NCBI GenBank assembly: GCA_017618055.1
Contig: JAFZVB010000004.1
Span: forward strand, 28,601-92,600
From: Clostridia bacterium
GTDB lineage: Bacteria > Bacillota > Clostridia > Christensenellales > CAG-917
Direction: 5' to 3'
Length of the DNA: 64,000 nucleotides
The notes under the pieces are model-generated. The model did no database searches and was not told the origin of the DNA. It saw only the letters and a list, made by a program, of their open reading frames with translations. The position numbers and the translations under genes were made by a program. Below, one piece after another: positions 9,436 through 18,405 of this stretch. Position 1 is the stretch's first letter, and the number at the start of each line of letters is the position of its first letter.

Positions 9436-10887
9436 TTAGTCTTCGTCTTGATGTTCTGCATCATAGCTTGCTTGGTCTTCACTATTGAATTTTCCAAGTA
9501 ATGTTGCTGTGAGCTCTTCACCTGTAAATTTGCTTAAGTCTACATAGTGAATATATGAATATTCATCTTCACCAAAGTAGAAGTACTTGCTTCCAACGAA
9601 ATCTGCTGCATAAGTTACGTCTGCAATACAGTCTACTAAAATAACTGTTTCGTTATCTGCTGTTGTTAAGTTTACACGGTATACTTGTTCTTTGTCTGAA
9701 TCTGTGTAGTATACATATGTTGAATTCTCAACTGTTAATGTTGTGAGAAGTGTAACACTCTTTCCAATAGCGAGATTTGAATCTGTTCCATTGAAATAGT
9801 AATACTTACTATCTGATGCATATAAGCAACCTTTGTCATAGCTAATTCCAACAACTTCAGAAATGTCTTGTGTTGAAATCATCTTTTCGTTTGCTGGTAC
9901 AAATCCTGCATCTAAAGTTACTTTGTTTTGGAATGTTCCAATTACTGTAGAACTATTTCCAATTTGGATAGCCTTTGTATAGTAAAGTGTGATTTGAGTA
10001 TCACTTTCAACAACTGCATTCTTTAAAGAGAATGTGAATACCTTTTCTGGGAAGTTTGTATAGCCTTGTGCTACTTCTGCTTCTGAAAGGTATGTTGAGA
10101 ATGTTGCAAGTGTCTTTTCATCAGATCCATCATAACGGATTGCTTTTAATTCATTGTATTTTTCGTATGAATTGTTAACAGACTTTGTGTAGAAGATGTA
10201 ATCTGCAATAGATGCACCTTGTCCTGCTGTATACTCTGCATCATAAGCCCAGAAATATGTGGAAGCACTTTCGATTAATGTTCCTGCTGTTGCACCACTA
10301 CCATTGTTTGTAGACTTCTTTGTGGACATCTTTGAGAAATCAATATACTTAAGTGTTGTGCCATCAAAGTATAAGATTCTTGTTGGTGTGAACATGAAAT
10401 CATTTGTTCTGGAATTCAATGTTGCAATACGTTGTGTTAATGTTCCATCTAAAGATGTACGCATGAAATCTGTATGTGTTGTAGATGCTGCACCTGTCTT
10501 ATCTTTTTCAAGGTTTGGTGTTGCATAGTAAATGAAGTTTCCAAAGATAGCAAAACCTGCTTTTGCACTATTGTAATAAATGCTCTTTGGTACTACTACA
10601 GTCGCTGTGCTGTTATCATATGTTCCGTCTGCATTTTTCTTGCAACGCATAATGGATTGCTTGTATGCTGCACCCCAATCATTGCTGTCTACAGAACCTA
10701 CATATCCGTTTACAAAGTAAACGTAGTCTCCTTGTTCTACAACATATCCACCATTGGATACGCTTGCTGCTGATGGATCTCCGCCATCAATTTTGCCCCA
10801 CTTAAACTTGTTACAAGCAGTGAGTGTTAATGCTGCAATAACGATGATTGCAACTAATGCTACTACTATAAGAAGTCTTTTCTTCAT
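9436..10887 (-). CDS. lipoprotein with repeated Tyr-rich beta-propeller-like blades (DUF5050-like)
   Basis: Lipobox LTLTAC-NKF. Recurring blade-like blocks: GDYVYFVNGY, GNFIYYATPN, ILYFDGTTLKYIDF, STYVYYTDSD..VYRVNL and SKYFYFGEDEYSYIHYVDL. Confidence 0.5.
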   Translation of the reverse strand: MKKRLLIVVALVAIIVIAALTLTACNKFKWGKIDGGDPSAASVSNGGYVVEQGDYVYFVNGYVGSVDSNDWGAAYKQSIMRCKKNADGTYDNSTATVVVPKSIYYNSAKAGFAIFGNFIYYATPNLEKDKTGAASTTHTDFMRTSLDGTLTQRIATLNSRTNDFMFTPTRILYFDGTTLKYIDFSKMSTKKSTNNGSGATAGTLIESASTYFWAYDAEYTAGQGASIADYIFYTKSVNNSYEKYNELKAIRYDGSDEKTLATFSTYLSEAEVAQGYTNFPEKVFTFSLKNAVVESDTQITLYYTKAIQIGNSSTVIGTFQNKVTLDAGFVPANEKMISTQDISEVVGISYDKGCLYASDSKYYYFNGTDSNLAIGKSVTLLTTLTVENSTYVYYTDSDKEQVYRVNLTTADNETVILVDCIADVTYAADFVGSKYFYFGEDEYSYIHYVDLSKFTGEELTATLLGKFNSEDQASYDAEHQDED

Positions 10888-10923
10888 ATCTACCTTCCTG
10901 ACAATTCTTTTGAATTGGTTATT

Positions 10924-12672
10924 TTATTCTTCTTTAGGCAAGTCCAATTTAATGTGAACTTCCTTTAATTGTTTTTCTGTTACTGTTGTTGGTGCTCCCA
11001 TTAATAAGTCTCTTGCATTTCTATCCATTGGGAATACGATAACTTCTCTAATAGATGGTTCATCTAAAAGTAACATTACTATTCTATCTACCCCAGGAGC
11101 AACACCTGCGTGTGGAGGTGCACCAAACTTAAATGCATTATATAATGCACTAAACTTTTGCTCTATTACATCTTTGCCATATCCAACTATTGCAAATGCT
11201 TTTTCCATAATAGAAGGTTCATGGTTTCTAACTGCACCACTAGCAAGCTCTACGCCGTTTACAACTAAGTCATATTGGTCTGCAAGGATTTCTAATGGAT
11301 CTTTGTTTTCAAGAGCTTCTAAGCCACCTTGTGGCATAGAGAATGGGTTATGACAGAATGTAAGAACTCCCTCGTCATCATATTCGTACATTGGGAAGTC
11401 TACTATCCAGCAGAAACGGAATACGTTTTGTTCGTTTAGTCCAAGGTCTGCGCCTAAACAGTTTCTTACAAAGCCTGCTTGCTTTTGAGAATTGATTAAA
11501 TTGCTTTCAGCAAGTACTGCAACGAATGTGTTCTTTTCAAGACCTAACTTCTCTACTAATGCATCTGTGTATTGGGCTGCAAATTTAGCAACACCACCAA
11601 CAAGTGCTCCAGTTTCGTCCATCTTGAACCAATACATATTGCTTGCGCCATTAACCTTTGCTCTTTCTGTTAATGCATCGATATATTTTCTTGTTTCCTT
11701 AAAGTCTTTTACAACAACTGCTTGAATGAACTTACCTTCAAACATTGGTCCTTTATCCTTAAGGATATCTGTTATTTCTTTAATACGAAGTGGGTTTCTT
11801 AAGTCTGGTTTGTCTGAACCATATTCTTTCATTGCTGTTAAATATGGAATACGTACGAATGGTGGTTTGTCTACTTCGCAGTTGGAGAATTCTTCAAAGG
11901 TTTGTGGAATAACTGCTTCCATTTCCTTTAATACATCTTCTTGTGTTGCGAAACACATTTCGCAGTCTAATTGGTAGAACTCACCAGGACTTCTATCTGC
12001 TCTTGGATCTTCGTCTCTGAAACATGGTGCGATTTGGAAATATTTGTCAAATCCAGAAACCATAAGCAATTGCTTATATTGTTGTGGTGCTTGAGGAAGT
12101 GCATAGAATGTGCCTGGATGTAATCTAGATGGAACTATGAAGTCTCTTGCACCTTCTGGTGAAGATGATGTTAAGATAGGTGTTGTGATTTCTAAGAATC
12201 CTCTTTCTGTCATTCTTCTTCTTAAAGAAGCAACAACATTTGCTCTTAAAACTATCTTCTTTTTAACTTCTGGATTTCTTAAATCCAAGAAACGATATTT
12301 TAATCTTGTGTCTTCTCTAGATGATGTAGATGTTGATACCTCAAATGGTAATTGCTCATAGCAACGTCCAAGCACTTCAATCTTGCTTGGTTCAACTTCT
12401 ATCATACCTGTTGGCATATCTTTGTTTGGACTAGATCTTAAAATAACCTTTCCATCTACACAGATTGTAGACTCTCTTGGGATGTTGCGAAGTATGTCTT
12501 TCATTTCGTCTGTGTCTGTAACTATTTGTGTGTAACCATAATAGTCTCTAACTACACCAAAGACTACTGCGCCTAAGTCTCTAATTGAGCTTAGCCAACC
12601 AGATATTCTAACTTCTTGTCCTACATTTTCTTCACGGAGTTCACCGCAATTATGTGTTCTGTAATATGACAT
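10924..12672 (-). CDS. aspS: aspartate--tRNA ligase
   Basis: 582 aa, bacterial-type AspRS. N-terminal OB fold (RTHNCGELREENVGQEVRISGW) and class-II motifs FRDEDPRADR and GAPPHAGVAPGVDR. Confidence 0.95.
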   Translation of the reverse strand: MSYYRTHNCGELREENVGQEVRISGWLSSIRDLGAVVFGVVRDYYGYTQIVTDTDEMKDILRNIPRESTICVDGKVILRSSPNKDMPTGMIEVEPSKIEVLGRCYEQLPFEVSTSTSSREDTRLKYRFLDLRNPEVKKKIVLRANVVASLRRRMTERGFLEITTPILTSSSPEGARDFIVPSRLHPGTFYALPQAPQQYKQLLMVSGFDKYFQIAPCFRDEDPRADRSPGEFYQLDCEMCFATQEDVLKEMEAVIPQTFEEFSNCEVDKPPFVRIPYLTAMKEYGSDKPDLRNPLRIKEITDILKDKGPMFEGKFIQAVVVKDFKETRKYIDALTERAKVNGASNMYWFKMDETGALVGGVAKFAAQYTDALVEKLGLEKNTFVAVLAESNLINSQKQAGFVRNCLGADLGLNEQNVFRFCWIVDFPMYEYDDEGVLTFCHNPFSMPQGGLEALENKDPLEILADQYDLVVNGVELASGAVRNHEPSIMEKAFAIVGYGKDVIEQKFSALYNAFKFGAPPHAGVAPGVDRIVMLLLDEPSIREVIVFPMDRNARDLLMGAPTTVTEKQLKEVHIKLDLPKEE

Positions 12673-12686
12673 TTTATTTCCTCTAT

Positions 12687-13694
12687 TTATAGCAAAACGA
12701 TGTTCGCTTCTTTACATTGTTCTCTCATTTCATCTGGCCATAATGAAACTTGTACTTCTCCGATATGTGCCTTTTGGAGTAATAACATACAAAGTCTGCT
12801 TTGCCCTATTCCTCCACCAATTGTTAATGGTAATTCACCATTAATGATTCCTTGGTGGTATTTGTGTTGCAATCTATCTTCTGCATTTGCAAGTTTTAAT
12901 TGTGCAACTAAAGAATCTGCATCTACTCTTATACCCATAGATGAAATCTCTATTCCGCTTTGGAGTATCTCGTCCCAGAAGAATATGTCTCCGTTTAAAG
13001 ACCAGTCATCATAGTCTGGAGCACGTAAATCATGTGGTTTGCCATCGCTTAATTCACCGCCAATATTCATAATGAATACTGTGCCATATTGCTCTGCAAT
13101 AAGATTCTCTCTTTCCTTAGCTGTTTTGTCTGGATACATATCCAATAACTCTTGAGATGTAATGAAGAATACTTCTCTGTTGAGCTTAAGGTCTATAACT
13201 GGGAATTGCTTCTTTGTTTCTTCTAATGTTTCGCAAATTGTTGAAACAATACGAGAAACTATCATCTTTAAGAAATCAACTGTTCTTTGTTTCTTGTCTA
13301 TAACCATTTCCCAATCCCATTGGTCTACATAAATTGAATGGTAGTTATCACAGTTATCGTCACGTCTAATTGCATTCATATCTGTATAGATACCTTCTCC
13401 TAAGGAGAAACCATACTTATGAAGAGCCAATCTTTTCCACTTTGCAAGGGAGTGTACTATTTCAACATCTACACCTTGTTCTTTGACATCAAAACGTACT
13501 GCTCTTTCTGTTCCAGAAAGGTCATCGTTAACACCAGTCTTAGATTTTACAAAAAGTGGTGCAGAAAGACGTTCAAAATCAAAACTCTTTACGAATTGAC
13601 GTTGAAATGTGTCTTTTACAAATTTAATTGCTTTTTCTGTTTCTCTAACAGACATTTTAGGTTTATAGCCAGCTGGGGTAATTAAGTTCCACAT
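12687..13694 (-). CDS. asnA: aspartate--ammonia ligase (asparagine synthetase A)
   Basis: 335 aa, with AsnA-typical length and blocks (ETEKAIKFVKDTF, HSIYVDQWDWE, SSMGIRVD, GGGIGQSRLCMLLL). Confidence 0.9.
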   Translation of the reverse strand: MWNLITPAGYKPKMSVRETEKAIKFVKDTFQRQFVKSFDFERLSAPLFVKSKTGVNDDLSGTERAVRFDVKEQGVDVEIVHSLAKWKRLALHKYGFSLGEGIYTDMNAIRRDDNCDNYHSIYVDQWDWEMVIDKKQRTVDFLKMIVSRIVSTICETLEETKKQFPVIDLKLNREVFFITSQELLDMYPDKTAKERENLIAEQYGTVFIMNIGGELSDGKPHDLRAPDYDDWSLNGDIFFWDEILQSGIEISSMGIRVDADSLVAQLKLANAEDRLQHKYHQGIINGELPLTIGGGIGQSRLCMLLLQKAHIGEVQVSLWPDEMREQCKEANIVLL

Positions 13695-13704
13695 ATTTCA
13701 CCTA

Positions 13705-15096
13705 TTATTTCATTAAGTCTCCTGTAGTACGTGCATAGAGTTGTACATCACGGATGTTTTGAATGCCTGTTACGTACATGAGCATACGCTCGAAGCCGAG
13801 TCCGAATCCAGAGTGTGGTACAGAACCATATTTTCTAAGATCCATATAAAACTTGTAATCACTTTCCTTCATTCCTCTCTTTTGGATTGCTTCTAATAAT
13901 TTGTCGTAATCTGCTTCTCTTTCGCTACATCCAATAATTTCTCCAATGCCTGGAACAAGTAAATCTGTTGCTGCAACTGTCTTTCCGTCTGGGTTTTGCT
14001 TCATATAGAAAGCTTTGATATCCTTTGGATAGTTTGTTACAAATACAGGCTTCTTGAATACTTGCTCTGTTATATATCTTTCATGTTCGCTTTGAAGATC
14101 TAAGCCCCACTCTACTGGGAATTCAAATGTTCCCTCTGGTACTTTCTTTAAGATTTCAATAGCGTCTGAATAGTCTAAAATTTGGAAATCACTATCTACA
14201 ACGTTTTGGAGTTTTGCCTTTAATCCAGCTTCAAAGTTCTTTTCAAAGAAATCTAATTCTGGTCCGCATTGCTCTAATACTTTCTTTGTGATGTATTTAA
14301 TCATTGCTTCAGCAATTTCAATAATGTCTGGTAATTTTGCAAATGCAACTTCTGGTTCAATTTGCCAGAATTCTGCAGCATGTCTTGGGGTATAACTCAT
14401 CTCTGCTCTGAATGTTGGTCCAAAGGTATAAATCTTTCCCATTGCAAGTGCTGCAACTTCACCTTCTAATTGTCCGGATACTGTTAATCCTGCTGTTGCC
14501 TTGAAGAAATCTCCTGCAATATATTCCTCTTCACTCTTACATTCTTTTGCAGAATTGTAATCTCTTGTTGTTACATGGAAAATTTCGCCAGCACCTTCAC
14601 AGTCTGAACCTGTAATGATTGGTGTGTGTACATATGTGTAATCATTTTCTTGGAAGAATTGGTGAATAGCAAATGCTAATTTGCTTCTTACTCTTAACAT
14701 TGCATTGAATGTATTTGTACGAACTCTGAAATGAGGAATTGTACGTAAGAATTCCATTGTGTGATATTTCTTTTGTAATGGATAATCTTGTGGACAATCT
14801 CCTAACAATTCAAGATCTGTTACGTTTAATTCATATCCGTTATTATTCAAAGCTTTAACTACAACACCAGTTGCTGTTAATGAAACACCAACTTTTAAGA
14901 ACTTGGATAATTCACTTGTATAAGTGCTCTTATCTATAACGAGTTGTAAATGTGTAAGAGAGGAACCATCATTTAATGCTATAAAAGCCATATTCTTGGA
15001 ATCTCTTGCTGTACGAACCCAACCGGAAACAACTACGGACTTGCCTTCAAATTGTTCGCCTTGTGTTAAAATCTTTGAAATTTCAATGTTTTTCAT
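13705..15096 (-). CDS. asnS: asparagine--tRNA ligase
   Basis: 463 aa. Class-IIb blocks FRAEMSYTPRHAAEFW and SGFGLGFERM. SD AGGAAG upstream. Confidence 0.95.
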   Translation of the reverse strand: MKNIEISKILTQGEQFEGKSVVVSGWVRTARDSKNMAFIALNDGSSLTHLQLVIDKSTYTSELSKFLKVGVSLTATGVVVKALNNNGYELNVTDLELLGDCPQDYPLQKKYHTMEFLRTIPHFRVRTNTFNAMLRVRSKLAFAIHQFFQENDYTYVHTPIITGSDCEGAGEIFHVTTRDYNSAKECKSEEEYIAGDFFKATAGLTVSGQLEGEVAALAMGKIYTFGPTFRAEMSYTPRHAAEFWQIEPEVAFAKLPDIIEIAEAMIKYITKKVLEQCGPELDFFEKNFEAGLKAKLQNVVDSDFQILDYSDAIEILKKVPEGTFEFPVEWGLDLQSEHERYITEQVFKKPVFVTNYPKDIKAFYMKQNPDGKTVAATDLLVPGIGEIIGCSEREADYDKLLEAIQKRGMKESDYKFYMDLRKYGSVPHSGFGLGFERMLMYVTGIQNIRDVQLYARTTGDLMK

Positions 15097-15263
15097 ATCT
15101 TCACTTCCTACTTTGCCGTGTACGTATACACGTAAAAATTATAACTATACTTTGCTATTATATTTATTCAAGTTCACTTTGTAAAGAAAAATTAAACGTG
15201 TTGCAATTTGGCTTTGGTGTTGTTTTTTCGCTTAATTATATGTAGAATAAGGCGAGGTGTTTT

Positions 15264-16172
15264 ATGATTTACGATGTATTAATTTTTGGCGCAGGCCCAG
15301 CTGGACTAACAGCAGGAATATATACAGCAAGAGCAGGATTGAATACTGCTATCATTGAAAGTAGCGCTCCTGGCGGACAAGCATCAATTACTCCAGATAT
15401 TCAAAACTATCCTGGAATAGATTCTATTGCTGGTTTTATGCTTACACAAAACATGATGAATCAATGCCAGAAGTTCGGCGCAACTTTTTTCTATGACCAA
15501 CCAAAAAACGTAATTCTAAACGGCTCAATTAAGGTTTGTGAGACAAATTATAATGGCAATATAGAAGCTAAAACTGTTATCATTGCATCTGGTGCTCATT
15601 CTAGAAAACTTGGACTTGAAAGAGAGGATAAACTCCTTGGAAAAGGGATAAGTTATTGTGCAACATGTGATGGTGGTTTCTATAAAGGTAAAACAGTTGC
15701 TGTTGTTGGTGGCGGAGATACTGCAGTAGAAGATGCTATGTATTTATTGAATTTTGCCAAAAAAGTATATCTTATTCATAGAAGAGATCAACTAAGAGCA
15801 AAAGGAACTATGGCAGAAAGATTATTAAAATCTAATGTTGAACCAATTTGGAATTCACAAATAACTTCGTTAAACGGACAAGATAGACTCGAAAGTATAT
15901 CTATATACAATAAATTAAATAATGACACAACCGAACTTCCAGTAGATGGAGTATTCGTTGCAGTAGGTCAAACCCCATCTTCTTCCATATTTGATGTAGA
16001 AAAAGATGACAACGGATATATAATTGCAGACGAAAGAACACTAAAAACAAATATTGATGGTGTTTTTGTTGCTGGAGATGTCAGACAAAAAGATTTAAGA
16101 CAGATAGTTACAGCCACTTCAGATGGCGCAATTGCAGCTAACCAAGTTTTTATACACCTGTCTAATAATTAA
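15264..16172 (+). CDS. trxB: thioredoxin-disulfide reductase
   Basis: 302 aa with FAD motif GAGPAG, redox-active CATCDG and NADPH motif GGGDTAVE. Confidence 0.95.
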   Translation: MIYDVLIFGAGPAGLTAGIYTARAGLNTAIIESSAPGGQASITPDIQNYPGIDSIAGFMLTQNMMNQCQKFGATFFYDQPKNVILNGSIKVCETNYNGNIEAKTVIIASGAHSRKLGLEREDKLLGKGISYCATCDGGFYKGKTVAVVGGGDTAVEDAMYLLNFAKKVYLIHRRDQLRAKGTMAERLLKSNVEPIWNSQITSLNGQDRLESISIYNKLNNDTTELPVDGVFVAVGQTPSSSIFDVEKDDNGYIIADERTLKTNIDGVFVAGDVRQKDLRQIVTATSDGAIAANQVFIHLSNN

Positions 16173-16407
16173 CACTTTTAACTAATTTTGTCGCATTTTT
16201 AATTAGAATATTGATTTTCTAAAAAATTTTTTCTATTGACACAATTAGAATGCTTTTTTACATTTTATCATTATTTGAAATTGCAAATTTGCATAATTTG
16301 TTTAAAATTCCCGCAAAAACCCACATTTTTATTAAAAATTTTTCAAAGTTTTGTTAAGAAAAATATCAAATTTGTAAAAAAGCGTTAAAAAAGTTTACAA
16401 AAAGCCG

Positions 16408-16436
16408 TTGACAATAAAAATAAAAAGGTGTAATAT
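16408..16436 (+). promoter_or_regulatory. near-consensus sigma-A-type promoter with no downstream ORF
   Basis: TTGACA (16408-16413), 17-nt spacer, TAATAT (16431-16436). It lies in the 384-bp gap between the convergent 3' ends of trxB and mnmG. Confidence 0.5.
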
Positions 16437-16442
16437 GTGAGC

Positions 16443-16535
16443 GAAGTTAGATGATTCATTTCATCCATACCTCATAATTTTTCCCCCTTATCATAAGTAA
16501 AAGATGCCAGTTGAGATTACTCCTGGTGTTTTTTA
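16443..16535 (+). ncRNA. candidate small RNA (about 90 nt) with C-rich loop motif; family unknown
   Basis: Bounded by the promoter above and a weak hairpin (ATGCCAG 16504-16510 / CTGGTGT 16523-16529) followed by a T-run. It contains the hairpin GATGA-ttcatt-TCATC and the single-stranded-looking UUUUUCCCCCUU. The only coding potential is an 8-codon ORF. Confidence 0.25.
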
Positions 16536-16556
16536 CTTTTATGGAGTATTTAGTTT

Positions 16557-18404
16557 TTAGTCTGCTTTCTTTAAATAAACTATTAAAACTGCTATATCTG
16601 CCGGAGATACGCCCGAAATTCTTGAAGCTTGCCCTAAATTTAATGGCTTAATCTTGTTAAGTTTTTGTCTAGCCTCTATTCTCAATCCTTCTATATCCAT
16701 ATAATTTATATCTTGAGGAAGAGTTTTGGCTTCTAGTTTTCTATGTTCTTCTATAACTTGTTCTTGTTTTTTAAGATATCCTTCGTATCTTATATCTTCG
16801 AATGCTGTAAATAAGGATGCTAGAGATGCATCAAAGGTTACGAGCTTGTATAATTCATTGGATTCAAATTCTGTTCTCTTAATCAAATCCTCTAATCTTA
16901 TACCTCTACATGGATCTGCAAAACCCTTTTCTTCGAAAAGTTGTTTGATATCTTCTTGTCTAATTGTTGTGGTTCTTGCAAATTCTTTAATCTTATCCAC
17001 TTCTTCTCTTCTCTTTAACATAGTTTCATATCTATATTGAGAAGCAAGCCCTATCTTATATCCTATTTCAGTTAATCTGAAATCTGCATCATCTTGTCTA
17101 AGTTTTATTCTATGCTCTGCCCTAGCTGTCATCATTCTATAAGGCTCATTGGTTCCTTTTGTTACTAGATCATCAATTAATACGCCTATATAAGCTTCAT
17201 CTCTTCCTAGAATGACTTGTTGCTTATTTTGGATGCCTAATACAGCATTAATGCCAGCAATTAAACCTTGTCCTGCTGCCTCTTCGTAACCACTAGAACC
17301 ATTTAATTGTCCTGCAAGGAATAAACCTTTAATATTCTTTGCTTCTAATGTTGGATATAAAGATAATGAATCTATACAATCATATTCTATTGCGTATGCG
17401 TATTTAGCAAATCTACAATGTGTTAAACCTGGAAGTGTTCTGTACATAGCTTCTTGTACATCATGTGGTAAAGATGAACTCATACCTTGGATATACATTT
17501 CATCACTATCTCTTCCCTCTGGCTCGATAAAGATTTGGTGTCTAGACTTATCTGCAAATCTCATAACCTTGTCTTCAATAGATGGACAATATCTTGGCCC
17601 AATTCCATGAATACTTCCGTTATATAAAGGTGAACGAGATATATTTGCACGTATTATTTCGTGTGTTTTCTCGTTTGTATATGTTAAATAGCAAGGTTCT
17701 TGCTCAAAAGTTTCCACTTTAGACAAGAAGGAGAATCTATTCATTGGATCTCCCCATTGTGGTTCGGTTTCGTCAAAGTCTATGCTGTCTCTATATATTC
17801 TCGCTGGCGTTCCAGTTTTGAATCTTCTCATTGGCAATCCATTCTTTAATAAAGACTCTGTTAAATGTGTGGCTCTTGCAAATCCAGTTGGACCACTTTC
17901 TTTTACATATGAACCTGTGATGACTCTAGCATTAAGATATACACCAGTACCAAGAACTGCTGCCTGGCATTTAATTGTATATCCTTTTAAAGTCTCTACG
18001 CCTTCTATACGGCCGTTATTTACAATAACGGATGTACACTCGTCTTCTAGAATGTCTAAGCCCTGAGTGTCTTGTAGCGTCTGTAACATGACATCATGAT
18101 AGTCTATCTTGTCTTGTTGGCTACGTAGTGAAAATACTGCTGGTCCTTTGGATGTGTTTAATGTTTTAATTTGTATGAGTGTCTTATCTGCAGCTACTCC
18201 CATTTCTCCACCAAGAGCATCTATTTCGCGAACTATTTGCCCTTTAGCAGTTCCGCCTATAGCTGGATTACAAGCCATCCAAGATACTGCACGCAAATCT
18301 AAACAAATAAGGAGCGTTTCTGCTCCCATTCTTGCGCTTGCTAAAGCAGCTTCTACTCCGGCATGTCCTGCGCCAACTACTATAACATCATACTTATCTT
18401 TCAT
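16557..18404 (-). CDS. mnmG: tRNA uridine-5-carboxymethylaminomethyl synthesis enzyme MnmG (GidA)
   Basis: 615 aa with FAD motif VVGAGHAGVEAA and family-typical blocks throughout. Sits in the conserved position after mnmE. Confidence 0.95.
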   Translation of the reverse strand: MKDKYDVIVVGAGHAGVEAALASARMGAETLLICLDLRAVSWMACNPAIGGTAKGQIVREIDALGGEMGVAADKTLIQIKTLNTSKGPAVFSLRSQQDKIDYHDVMLQTLQDTQGLDILEDECTSVIVNNGRIEGVETLKGYTIKCQAAVLGTGVYLNARVITGSYVKESGPTGFARATHLTESLLKNGLPMRRFKTGTPARIYRDSIDFDETEPQWGDPMNRFSFLSKVETFEQEPCYLTYTNEKTHEIIRANISRSPLYNGSIHGIGPRYCPSIEDKVMRFADKSRHQIFIEPEGRDSDEMYIQGMSSSLPHDVQEAMYRTLPGLTHCRFAKYAYAIEYDCIDSLSLYPTLEAKNIKGLFLAGQLNGSSGYEEAAGQGLIAGINAVLGIQNKQQVILGRDEAYIGVLIDDLVTKGTNEPYRMMTARAEHRIKLRQDDADFRLTEIGYKIGLASQYRYETMLKRREEVDKIKEFARTTTIRQEDIKQLFEEKGFADPCRGIRLEDLIKRTEFESNELYKLVTFDASLASLFTAFEDIRYEGYLKKQEQVIEEHRKLEAKTLPQDINYMDIEGLRIEARQKLNKIKPLNLGQASRISGVSPADIAVLIVYLKKAD

Positions 18405-18405
18405 T

